From the NCBI GenBank assembly GCA_965285935.1, contig OZ260667.1:33604001-33668000 (forward strand): a stretch of 64,000 bases of DNA, in the 5' to 3' direction. This document shows positions 14,501 through 26,175 of the stretch, in pieces. The DNA comes from Ophelia neglecta (Eukaryota). The translations under genes and the position numbers were made by a program. Positions within the stretch are counted from its first letter, which is position 1. Every line of letters begins with the position of its first letter. A model generated the notes under the pieces. That model had not been told where the DNA came from. It did not search any database and saw only the letters and a program-made list of their open reading frames with translations.

Positions 14501-16584
14501 ATAAAGGTGGCTTTGACCGTAACCTCGTGGGTAGAATTCATAAAATTCCTTTAGAGCACAGATTGTAAGCAGACACGTGTCCCGTATATTGAGGAAGCAA
14601 GTTTTTAATGCAATATATATTTGTAGTGCAATGATTATTGTATATAATTTACATCAGGTTTGTTTTAAGAATAAGATGTGATTGCACAGATGCATGACGA
14701 TATTTCATTTTGGTTTACCGACATACTAAAGGCGGAACTCTTCATCGAGCGATGAACTGGCTTCGAGCAAAAATAGTCTGTTGTAAAAAAAAATGTCGTC
14801 CTTGACTCTACGCTAATGAAGAACGCTGGTTTAGTATCGATGGAAAGAGTATTTAGTGAAAGAGCTTTTAAAGATTCGATAATGGCTGTCGGTGAAGCCT
14901 TTATCACTAATTTGAGCTGTCAATGCCGTTTGATACTCGGTGTCCTGTGTTTTTCTTGCACGAATTTATGATGAAGCATAAAACATAAAGATATTACAAG
15001 AAATTATTCAACGACATGAATATTGGGCTCAGAATAATCCACTAATGAAACCTTCTGCATTAAATAATTATTCAACTCCAAGCACACATTTCGCTGATTT
15101 GATGCATGATGCAGGCATATATGACGTCAAACACAACTGAATGTGAATGCCAAGCATCACGTGCGCCTAAACTCATCTCAATGACTGGGTGTAATCTATC
15201 CGGGGTCGACGGTCTGGCTCCACCCTGAGTCTCGAGTCCGGAGTCGCCTGAGGTGAAGTTATTTCACAACAGATCCAGTAGCAACTTACGTCAGTTATAA
15301 GGTAATTGTTAAGAAAACTGCGTATGAATGGTGACTTAACTGTCCAGGTCAGCGCCAGGTATCCAGCTATGCATCTAGTTGCCCTGCTCAGCTGGCTCTA
15401 TAAAGTTGAAAAATCATGCAGATAGCGACTCTGTCATCTAAGTGAATACGCCGGCAAGTGTTATCAAGTTTATGTTTTCTTTTTTTTTTCTATTTGCATT
15501 ACAAGTTTATTGACTGTTTGATCTTGAGTTGGATGCTTTGAAGTTTGATTGAGGGCCTGTGTCTGGTGGTTACTGGTGATCTCAGATCGAGGATTGTACT
15601 ATTCTAGTGGATCGATTTCGTTTTGTCTGTTGTGTATCCTTTCCCGTTATTCACTTGTCAAGCTGAGGGTGTATATTTAGTCAGCTCCTCTTTGCCACGG
15701 AAGGCTGGAGGACTACGTCTGAAAAAAAAGCCTAGCCCGATGACCGCGCTAGTGTTAGCACGAGAATACTCTACCTCCGGCCCCACACACCCCGCTATCA
15801 ATCGACACAGGGCAACCAGGATGTCCGCAATCCTACTGTCGTCTTATAGCTTATTATTGAAATAAACAATCCTACATTACGATCAAGAGACGCTTGTGGT
15901 GTGTTGCTGATAAATACGCTAGTTCTATTCTCACTCCTACCTTCATACTAGCCATGTGAATATAACTCAGCCACCCAGCTGGCGTCTTGAACAACGAAGT
16001 TAAAATATGGTTTTTCAGCTTCAATCAATTTGTAAGGCATAGAACCATAAAATACTATGATTAGCAAGCCATTGTTTTTAGAGGGAATTTAGGAACATAG
16101 GTATTATTCATTGACACGACAACAAGCCAGCACGGTGTTTTGACCTTTCAGTTATGAGGTCAAGTATGCCTTAATCAAGTTGTGTCGTAAAGTATAAAAT
16201 AACAATTGTCGTTTGGTTTATGAGCCCTGTGCAACCATAATCAGTCTGCTCCTCCTACTTATTGCCAATAAAATACCACATATTACACTCCTATCAGTAA
16301 AGACATCTACCGCGCATCATTACTCGTTTATTGGTTGTTGTAGATATCACTTTTATGTAAAGTAAAACAGCATGGTATACGTCTGTTGTGATGTTAGTAA
16401 TTCACTTCTTCATACAAACTATATGAATCGATTCTTGTGCCTGATCTATGATTTTTAAACATAATATCATAGATTTTTTTTTTTTTTTTTTTTTTTTAAA
16501 CATAATAACCCAGCTTGAGAGGGCTGTTTTCAACCTAACCTTTTGTCGGGGGAGTGATTCATCAGACCTTCGCCTCATCTTTCC

Positions 16585-16652
16585 CCCCTGTCCCGATATG
16601 ACCACTCAAGTGTTGAAAGGGACGTTAAAACCCATACATTTAACATTTTAAC
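16585..16652 (+). mobile_element. 3' end of a tRNA-derived SINE
   Basis: gtcccgatatgacc...tgttgaaagggacgttaaaaccc followed by a short A/T repeat tail, similar to the 3' end typical of mollusc SINEs (recalled pattern). Confidence 0.5.
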
Positions 16653-18927
16653 ATAATATTAAACCTTCCTTGAAGGCAAGATATTTACAATAGCTGTTAA
16701 ACAATATCATAAAACACGGGAAGATTTAGAGCCAACCATCTATCAGCCCGTTGAAGACCTACGGTCAGTATTTGTAAGGAAAATGCTACTTGTTTAATCG
16801 GCCCGAATAGTTTGGAAGGATTCCATTAATTGGCGGGATATGATTGTAATATATGTATTTTTATGTCCGTTTGGCGACCTTATTAATTAGAAGTAATACC
16901 TTAGCATCACAGTCCCTGTAGGTTCTACCCTTCTTCCGATCGAGTTGCAGTAGCCTATTTTTCCAGCTTGTCCTACAAACGCGTTATCTTGCCTATCACA
17001 AGCAGGTGTCGAGCGGCGCTACATGCAGACGACATTTGCCAACAAGGGAGCATTCACCACCATTAACGCCGGATCTTAGTCTCTAGATCATAATTGGATC
17101 AGTTTCGTCGTCAGTTTTTGGCTCATCATTCAACATCGAGAGCTTTTTTGTCCGATGGCGACGTGCTCATCGCTTCTAGAACCTCCGTCCCGTGGCTTAC
17201 GCTTGGTAGGCTCCATGTAAATTGTAGGCGCCTTAGTTGTAGGAGAAAGCTTTAGGTCTATTCAACAGTCACTGAAACTTAGATAGTCCGCCATATTTAA
17301 CACTCGGAGCACGATATGTATCAGCTCTGAGCTCGCAACTTTTTACTGTAATCGAAATTTACTCCCTAAACCATCTTAAATGTAGACATGCAGTGAAAAA
17401 ATGTTTTATTAACCATCTATCTGAAACTCCAAAATTATGGTGCACGTGGAAGTTTTTGTAATGCATTCAACAACAACATAATTATATAAACATAATGCCG
17501 ATACATTATGTATAACAAAGACACTCGCATCTATCGTTTTTATAGGCCTACACAGTCCACCCTTTACTTGGATGTATATAGGTATGCAATATTTACGTAG
17601 ATTCTCGGAGAGAAACTGAAAAAAGAACATTGGTCTGTTAAACTGCGGTTTTTAAATAGGCGCCGACAAACCACAGCAGTATAGATGGACGTGTGTACCT
17701 GGCGTCTAAAACAAAAAACAATTTCCTACCGACATGGGTATACGTCTGCTAGAGGCTATCGTGCCTTGTCTGTTGTATTTTTAAAATGGGGTTCCAGCTT
17801 TTAGTTTTGTCCCAGTCGTGGACCTACAATCATTCTTCTTTAATGGGCAAACGTAAGTTTAAAGTTAGACATAAAAAACAAAACGCGAGGTGAGTTATTG
17901 GAAAGAGAGCCGATACCACCAAATATATTGGCTTTTTTTTCCCCTAAAGCCATTCTTCTTGGCCGGATCATCGGTAGGATATGGGTCCTTGAACATGGCC
18001 GCTATACTTCACCATACATCTATTAATTTTGCCTAATTATATGACGCGGCATTTGTTTGTCTTGTGATTGGGGTATTTTTCATTTACCTTAGCTTCACCG
18101 CTGAGGTCTGGCCGTGGCTGGTACCGAACTGCGATTACACGCGTCCCTATACGTTCATGATGACAAGAGAGAAGCTATCTGATTAAGCAGACTTTGATGT
18201 CGGCCTTTCCGACAGAGTGGGTCACAAACCCAGTGATGTGTGTGGTAGTCAACCAATATATTATTGAACATTACGTTGCGCAAATTGGTCAGTTACCCGG
18301 CGCGCGCCCATTTGATGGGACGTAAGCAGTATGATGTTTTTACCTCCTCAAGGAACGTCAACTGGCGACATATTTTTATTCCTTTGATCCAGTATCACCA
18401 TGCCTTACACCGATTCCTTCAAGAGTTTGCGATTAAGACTATTCTCCCCCCATATATAAGCCTTTAGTATAATATAATCGTTTCCATTTTTAATTCGTCT
18501 AATTCTTACAGTAGGCTAGTAGTATACAACAACCACATCTGGGCTGCACGCCGTTCCTGGTTATAACACCCGGCCATGTCTTTTACCTTTTTATGTGCTG
18601 TTCGACTAGTTTACTTTGTCTGGATTTATTTTTCGCTGGCTTCGTAGTTGACAAACGACAGCCATTAGACTAGTGGTTGGTTATAAAAGTGTCCCAGTGG
18701 CACAAATAGCGATCTCAAGGCAACTCTAAATCCTACACTCACCGGAGTGTCAACGCAAGTTTGTGTCCAACTTGTACGTTCTACGGTCACAAATCAACGA
18801 CTGAAGCTAAATTTCCATAATCTTACCATTCCGTCGTATTTCCCCGTGGGTTTATAAACCATAGAAAATAACGTGTTGGGGTTTAGCAGAGCCCCTCATG
18901 GTGTGTGCCGATTGCTCCGCTGACTGA

Positions 18928-19250
18928 CTAGCCCACACTGTGAACCGTGGACCTATCGGAGAAGTAGCTTCTGTTAACATGAATCCGATACACAAACTGT
19001 GTGATAGGGATGGCGGCAGTTTTAACGGATTTCTTTTGAGCTCTTGCTATCTGGCAGAAGGAAGATCGAGGGCCAGCCACAATGGCTTTCATACCTTCAC
19101 ACTCAAGTTTTGTTCTCACCCGTCTCCTCATCGATCCATCACCGTGCTACTTATCGAGAGCAGGCAAGAGAATACCACCAAATTTAATTTTCAATATTTA
19201 CACAATTGCTATTCCTTTTCACGGCGCTGGCAGTACTATTTTTGTGGCCG
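18928..19250 (-). mobile_element. Decayed LINE ORF1 (L1-type RRM/Transposase_22-like) fragment
   Basis: Minus frame KIKFGGI...V...L...QIARAQK...PITQF...YFSDRSTV resembles NLIFxGI...IxRAHR...PIIVKF..YxDRExV. One in-frame stop. Confidence 0.4.
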
Positions 19251-19861
19251 ACTGCAGTGCTGCTACCGGCGTTTGTTTTCAAGACCCGGAGAAGGATTGA
19301 TGAGTTTCCGATACCCACTCCCAACCCGTGTAGATCAGTCTCGACAGACGCTGATGCCAGCGATCATCTCAGCCAAAAGGTCAAGGTCGCCCCCATTGTC
19401 TGACTCCTCAAAGCAGCCACAGCTCATATCAGGTATTGTCAGCTTTGGGCTTGTGTGGACAAAATTGAGAAGAAGAGGGAGCTTGGAGTATTTCTTTCTG
19501 TGTTAGACTTGGAAGCGATGTGATTGCAGTTCCTCGTACATAGATCCAACTTTCCTTCGCCCTCTCGTCTATTACATGCTTTCTCGCGCCAGATCGAATC
19601 AAACAGGGAAACTGTGTGATAATCAGGCCATTAGGAAGTACTATTAGAGATAGCGGGGGGGGGGGGGGGGAGCATGATGATTTTCAAGAGAAGAAAAATT
19701 GCTTTGGGAGAGATAAAAGGTTCTTTCCCAACTAGATTCTATTCTGTTGAGAAAAAAAAGTGTTTTATCGGGCCGCTGTTTAAACAACACGTAAGTTTTT
19801 TACAAAAATAATATTAAATAACTTTAAAAAAGTTAGTTAAGTTAGTCAGTTGTCTTCTAGG

Positions 19862-19940
19862 CACTTCCGGTACCTCGAATACGTTTCCCTTACACTAATG
19901 TACCCCGCCATTTGGAGCTATCTGTTTACAATCACGTGAT
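19862..19940. promoter_or_regulatory. Promoter-like motif cluster (ETS, YY1, E-box)
   Basis: cacttccggt (ETS), ccgccattt (YY1) and atcacgtgat (palindromic E-box) within 80 bp, upstream of the heptad-repeat ORF. Confidence 0.35.
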
Positions 19941-20451
19941 ACTTGTACTAAATGGGTGTTTCTAGTTCATTATTTCTCCGGGTATTTTTTCCAGACATGG
20001 GCTCGGTTTCATGCAGTCTGTCACCTCCTAAGTCTCTTTGCCTTGAGTGGACAGCTAGCGGGCAGGAAATTACTCGTCTCTGTTCGCTGGGTGTCTGACG
20101 AAGTCATCTCTGAATTTATAATCGAGCTATATTGGCGGAGAATAATGTAATTCACCCCTTATCTGGCAGTGACAGCAGATAAACCGACTTTGTCCAACGC
20201 TTTCGATGCCGTTTTCAATATGTTGTCTCCCAGACATGTCCCAAAGACGGACCTCAAAGACAAGCCACAAAAAACAAGTCTCAAAGTAAGAAGTTAGTGA
20301 TTCACCAGCGGGTCTCCAACAAAGGTCTATGGTATTAAAGACTAGGAGGCGTGTCCTCAAACAGCTAGGTAACTGCCGGGATCATCTTAAGACGGGTCTT
20401 TATGCCGAGGAAACTGGTCCCAAAGACATGTCCAAAGCAGGTCTCCTTCAC

Positions 20452-20729
20452 TCAGAGACTGGCATAAACGACTCACAGAATGGTATAAACGACTCACAGA
20501 CTGGTATAAAAGACTCAAAGACTGGTAAAAAAGAATCAGAGCTTGTTATGAAATACTCCGAGAATGGTATGAAATATTTAGAGGATGGTATAAAAGACTC
20601 CGAGACTGGTATAAAAGACTCAGAGACTGGTATGAAATACTCCGAGATTGCTATAAAAGACTCCGAGACTGGTATAAAAGACTCAGAGACTGGTATGAAA
20701 TACTCAGAGGATGGTATGACAAACTCAGC
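20452..20729 (+). repeat. 21-bp tandem repeat (~13 copies) open as the heptapeptide SETGIKD/SETGMKY within ORF 20329-20772
   Basis: Unit tcagagactggtataaaagac. No indels or stops across the 13 units in this frame. Confidence 0.9.
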
Positions 20730-21294
20730 GAAGAATCGTAGACGGCTTGAACGGCTGGTTGCAGATTCTTAGAGCCGGGCTTCAAAGACTCAGGGACAGC
20801 ACTGGTATCGAAGATACTAAGCCGTCAACATGATAAAAAACAGTATTAAATATTCAAAGCACTTAATGTTCAGTTATAACATGTGACTATTTTTGTAGTA
20901 GCTCTTCACATGGTAGGCGTAGTGGCATGATAGTTTTTCTGGGGCGAGTTTAACATGAGGATTTGTGTAGATTTACGTCAGTAGTGATTAAATGTTGAAG
21001 ACTTAGGCAAGTTGGAAATCAGTCGTTATATCAAGGTCCGTAAATGAATTGACCGCTTGAGAAGACTTGAGTTCTGCCAACATATTGATCCAATAACTGC
21101 AGTTGAACAAGGCATAAGTCTCACGAGAAACTGCGTTCTATTGCCATGAAGTAAAATTTGTCCATAGGCTTCAGAAATACAATTACAACCATGTGATCGA
21201 TCAGAATCATAAGGGATTAGCCCTCATGCTTGTAAATGAGGGTTGAAGAAATCACCGGGCGCAGATATTAGATATAAGCATATTGTAATATCTG

Positions 21295-21340
21295 CATTTT
21301 CGGCAGATTTGTATGCATGCATACAAATCTGCCGAAAATG
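21295..21340. repeat. Perfect 46-bp palindrome with no spacer, abutting the truncated left TIR
   Basis: cattttcggcagatttgtatgca|tgcatacaaatctgccgaaaatg, axis between 21317 and 21318. Confidence 0.95.
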
Positions 21341-21643
21341 TAAAAAATGCAGAACACCCAAGAACGGCCGATAACACATTTTTAAACACCTTTTATGAAA
21401 CACTTTTAGAACGCATAAAATGCGTTATACGTGTTCATTTTGCATAGGGTTCTTGTTTAGAATGTTTGATGTGCTATTTTAGAACACATAATTGAATTTG
21501 AATTTAAAGCGTGTACATGCCGATACGGTCAGGTGTTGTTCACCCTGCATGCTGGAGGGGGTGGTAAATTGATTGAAGTGGACCGACATTTGGACGCTAT
21601 ACCACATTTACCTCATAATAATTGTTCCTTATAATGATTGTAA

Positions 21644-21997
21644 CTAGTCCTCTGTGACATCTTCCTGGATTTTAAACGCCCGAGTGCCAGTTTTGACAAA
21701 AAATTTATATTTGGCTGACGTATCGGCCTGATACGTTTGATTCATAATAAATGTCTGCAGCACAGCCAAAAACATGCTGTATTTCTTGGGGTACGCAATG
21801 TCAAACAAATAATAAATGGCCAAAAGTGTCAAAATAGCGGCTAGGCTGTCTTTATGTTTGTCCCCGGCATCCACAACGCACTGGTCGCTAACCACATAAG
21901 CTCCTGCACATTTTCCTTCGTCTAAAAAGAAAACAATTCTTGGGGCCTCCCCTTCCTTGGTCACGAGACGATCGCCCCACTCATTTTGTTCCATGTC
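21644..21997 (-). pseudogene. Last exon of the EnSpm-associated accessory ORF (SAMD3-like C-terminal domain)
   Basis: Acceptor attactttcag|GAC, open to TAG at 21644. The motif AILTLLAIYYLFDIAYPKKYSMFLAVLQ matches the YYxFxxxYP signature of animal CACTA second-ORF/SAMD3-like proteins. Confidence 0.75.
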
Positions 21998-22489
21998 CTG
22001 AAAGTAATATGGAAACATCCGTTGAGAGCGCAGTAGAAATTTTTTCCCTATAATAATATATATGGCATTTTAAATATAACACGCATCATCTGCTTATATA
22101 GGGGGGAGTCATTAATTATCAATGGGGGTGGTATGGGCTGGTGGGGGTCACAGCACCCCCCCCCCCTCTGACAGGGGCTTCATGAAAGCCCTGTGATGGG
22201 AGTGGTCATAAAATCCATGGAATGAGGGGGAAAACCACAAAATAGTGCTTAAAATGCACAGAGCATATATAGATTTTTAAAATTATCCCGGGTGGCTCCC
22301 GGACCCCTTAGCATGCAGGCTCACCCTTTAAAGTTGACTTTCAGAAAATTGAACCCTTGCTAACAAAAACCGGCTATGTGCCTGTAGCACATATGCCTAT
22401 ACATATAAATAAATTTTGGTATAGGAAAGTTGGGGATCATTCATGCTTCCTACTTCACGCAGATAGATAATTAATTATCAGTTTCTCAC

Positions 22490-22550
22490 TTCAAACACTG
22501 TCATGATTGGCTCTTTACTGCCTTATTCGCCATCCATACTACCTTTAGGC
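22490..22550 (-). pseudogene. Penultimate exon of the same accessory ORF, with an in-frame stop
   Basis: atttgtatag|g CCT AAA...TTT GAA|gtgaga translates as PKGSMDGE*GSKEPIMTVFE. The phase-0 donor matches the phase-0 acceptor at 21997. TAA at 22523-22525. Confidence 0.5.
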
Positions 22551-22981
22551 CTATACAAATAAACGGCCGGTTAATTCTCCATCAAGTAGTGGCACCGTTT
22601 CTTACAAGAGCCAAAGCACTAATTACTCTAGGCCTATAGTGTAGTCAAAAACACCTGGGCCTACTTAATAAAATTTCATTGCAGGGCCTGCTGCCTCGTG
22701 AATGTTTGACGCGAGTTGCTATTATGTCTAGGCCTATGGTAATGCCGGGGACATTATCAATTAATTCGCACTTAAGAAGATGCCTCGTCATATGCTCGAT
22801 GTTTAAAATGGATATAATGCAAATGATGATTTTGTATTGATGTGATTGAAGTCGATTTGGACCCTACCTTACACTGATTCCCGGCGTCCTCCAAAATGAT
22901 CTTCCCGGAAAGGAATCTATAGAACTTCCGGTGCACGTGCAATTCTGAAACAGTCTCGCGTGCTTTTTAACGCAGAGTGTT

Positions 22982-23012
22982 CAGATTCAGAACACAATGT
23001 GTTCTGAATCTG
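22982..23012. repeat. 31-bp hairpin (15-bp arms, 1-nt centre) in the CACTA subterminal region
   Basis: cagattcagaacaca-a-tgtgttctgaatctg, an inverted pair of the element's AGAACAC motif. Confidence 0.9.
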
Positions 23013-25869
23013 TACGCAACATACGCGGTAGGCTACCATGTTATTTAGCGACAAATATATCAAACACATGAAGTCATATCTCATAGAACGCATCGGTTCT
23101 ACAATAGAATGTTATCTGTTCAAAAAGCATTCATGCATGGATATCAGCAATTGTTTGTGTGCAAATGTCGAGTTGTTTTTTTAGACTTTTTTAATTGTGA
23201 GCTATGATACTATCCTTAGACATTCGTCTGTGGTCAGTATTTTATTTCAAACATATTTAGACTTTAAATAGATATTAATACCATAGTTAAACCACGCACG
23301 CTTTCAAACGGAACGCCCCGTCGTCAGAAAGTTCACATTATTATAATGAACATTCAATTTCTAGCCATAAGGTAACGTATAGCGTTAGCATTCAGATCAC
23401 ATAAAACGTTGAAGAACGCACACTGATCTGATGGTGAACGCTGCGTTTTACTCGTGTTCCTCAATAGAACGCAGATTACGCGTCAGGGCGAATACACGAC
23501 GTTTTGTCCGTTCTGCATTTTTTACAGTGCAGTCAGTAGAATGTCACTACAATTATCCATAGAATCACAGCTGGTGTCAACCACATTAAATGCTCGATCA
23601 AGATTAAATGTTGTTGGTAGCCATTATTTATTTGGGGTGAAGGGCGGCTTTCTAACCCTTACAACCACTTGCTCTCAGAACCACTACAATGAGGTAGGTC
23701 CAGCTCTGCTCCTTCGGCGAGTTAATTGCCAGCTTGACCAAAGAAAAATGGAGCTAAAGTGAAGCTATTAGGGTAAATGATTTGTAGCCACACGGCCAGT
23801 CGCATTCCAATTTCTTTAAGGAGCAGACCATAGTAATTAAGTTTTCGAGCAGTTGAGGAACAACTATCAGGCATTTAGCGTCCACATTGGCCTGCAATTG
23901 GACATTTACAATACAACGACTGTATGCCACCGGCATCTCCACATCGACGGGTCATTTGCGGTCATACTGGATTTCATTCTGGCTTTGTTTACTAGTAACT
24001 TCCATGGAAATTAAAAAATAATAATCCTGACTGGAATATTACTATTAGAGAGAGAATGACCGGTAGTATACCACCTGCACCTCATACCAGACAAATCCTT
24101 CTTAAAAAACGAGAAAATGGATATTCCGAACAGCTTAACAGTTCCCACGAAGTTCAACCCTGTCTGGACTGCCAAACATGAAACAACAAAGTCGCAGCCG
24201 GGCCAGCCACAGTGGTGTGTGTTGAGAAACTATCACTCAACATGGAACCAACAAGGCATTACGTTTTATCGGGTAATGGACACAATTCATCAACTGTTTG
24301 TTGACACGTTAATCTTATCAAACAAAGGAGAAATCTTGTTTGAATTGAAACCTGCCAGACGCTGTTTGTAGACTGTTTTAGACTTGTAGGTATGTTTTGA
24401 TATGGCTGTGAGCGTGTAATTGTGTCTTGAACTATACCAAATGTCACGTGCGCCTGTTCCTGCAGTTGTTTTCATTTCGTCGTATGTTTACTTGTAAAAA
24501 AATGTCATCCGCATTGCTCATCCGCCGTGGTCTGTTCTGTCTAACAATCAAATAGGGGTGTGATGAATTTATCCAACAGCCATTTTAAGAATTCTCATGC
24601 TTCGATTTCTTGTTCGGATATGCTTTGTTCTATTTATGCCCAGAATACTTTCATAACTGAACTATCTGAAAAGTCACAAGACATGGTGGCGCTAACTTTT
24701 AAGACTTTTTAGACGGTGGTAGGCGATGGTAGAAAAATGGTAGGCGGTGCGCATGGTAAGCGATGGTGAAATGTGGTAAGCCGTGATATAAAAAAGGAGG
24801 TAGTGTTTTGCGATTGAGATACAAGGTTATAATAGGACTTATAGGCGTTGGTCCAAGTTGGCCTCTTCAACACTGCATCTGGAATTTGGAAATTTTCAGC
24901 ATGAATGAAATTCGATTGACTGACTCCATTGTGACCGCAAGATGGCACTTTTTTGATGTTGTCTGCTGTTAGAATGTTCTGATAGCATTTCATACGGTAT
25001 TCTTCATATGAAGAACGACCAATCAATTGTTACATCGTATTCCGTGAGTATTGCCAAAAACTGCTGCAGCTATTTACTAGAACAATCGCAATTACTTTAT
25101 GTTTGTCACATTTTATCTGATAATTTCGGGGTGTTTTTTTTTAAATACGGTGTGATAGATGGCACGAAAATTGGTACCTGGCTCGCTGATAATACTAGTA
25201 ACTGACTAAGTGCGTCTCTTTCCTGACATCAAAGATAACAGTTTGGCCTCGTTGAAAAGTTCTTTCATATACTAAATCGCTTTTCCCTTTTGTTCGCCAG
25301 ACTTGAAATCGACACTATTAAAGGATGTCTGGTACTTCCTAGCCTCAGTCGATTCAGATTCCTCCATTATCTAAGCTATTGACTTTATTAGATTGGAAAG
25401 CTTCGTGCCATATAGCCAATATATCTAGTTGAGTTTTCACATCTCCCACTCGCCGGCCTCTATTTGTTATCAGTCAGAAGTTCACTGAAGCTGTTCGTTT
25501 AACATTTATTTTATTCTCCCCATTATCTGTTGCTGACTACAATACAAACATATATGAGTATTGGTGTCAACTGTTCACGTAAACTATGACGTTCTTTAGA
25601 TCGCTTGACACCCAAACTATGGCTAATTGCGAGGCTTCATGTTTTGTGTATATGGCTATTGGCCGATACCTCGTGTTTGTCTTCGCAAACAAGGCTAATG
25701 TTCGTCTGAGTAGGAGCCACCGCCCATAAAAACATATTACCCGACCGCGTCTGACATTTAATAGTGTTTAGTGAATTGAATCCAATGTTTGCTGAATTGT
25801 TTCTTGTTAGCGACATGTACAGGAAACGATTAGGGCTAACAGCAACTCGTATAGAATGAATTGTTTGTG

Positions 25870-26002
25870 TCAGTTGGAGCGAAACTACATGAAAGGATTA
25901 GATAAAAGATGGACGCGCGCGGAAAATCATTCTGCCAGAGCATGCATTGAACTAAGTCATGCCTCTCGTATCAGTTCAGAATAACTATCGATCTACAGGC
26001 GT
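25870..26002 (+). promoter_or_regulatory. Candidate TSS and non-coding first exon
   Basis: Two TCAGTT initiator-like motifs (25870, 25971) and a GTGAGT donor at 26003, 133 nt upstream of the strong acceptor at 26135. Confidence 0.3.
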
Positions 26003-26135
26003 GTGAGTTAGCTTGTTATTACCGGTGTGCTTAATAACTAGACTTTGGTAAATATGTAGGTACGTATTAATTTACACATATACATCATCCATAAATGATT
26101 AACTACATAATTATACTTATTTTTATTTATTTCAG

Positions 26136-26175
26136 GTACGTACCTTTTTAATGGCTTGCTTAGAAATCAACATTG
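26136..26175 (+). CDS. Candidate small exon containing a start codon (ATG 26151, MACLEINI + phase-1 base)
   Basis: Strong acceptor ttatttttatttatttcag| and donor ttg|gtaaga. A candidate upstream non-coding exon ends at a GTGAGT donor (26003). Confidence 0.45.

Larger units (their letters stand above)
21339..23529 (-). mobile_element. Non-autonomous CACTA/EnSpm (CMC superfamily) DNA transposon, internal deletion derivative
   Basis: Right TIR 23510-23529 reads CACTGTAAAAAATGCAGAAC on the minus strand. The left end 21339-21355, TGTAAAAAATGCAGAAC, is a 17-bp perfect match lacking the terminal CAC. Many subterminal AGAAC(A/G)CA motifs lie near both ends, and internal exons encode a SAMD3-like accessory protein. 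Confidence 0.85.

Noticed and set aside
14740-14950. Possible LINE RT relic on the plus strand (TGF...EAF)
   Set aside because: Motif match too loose.
18940-19506. 188-aa plus-strand ORF
   Set aside because: Non-ATG start and no recognisable domain; the opposite strand carries LINE ORF1-like motifs.
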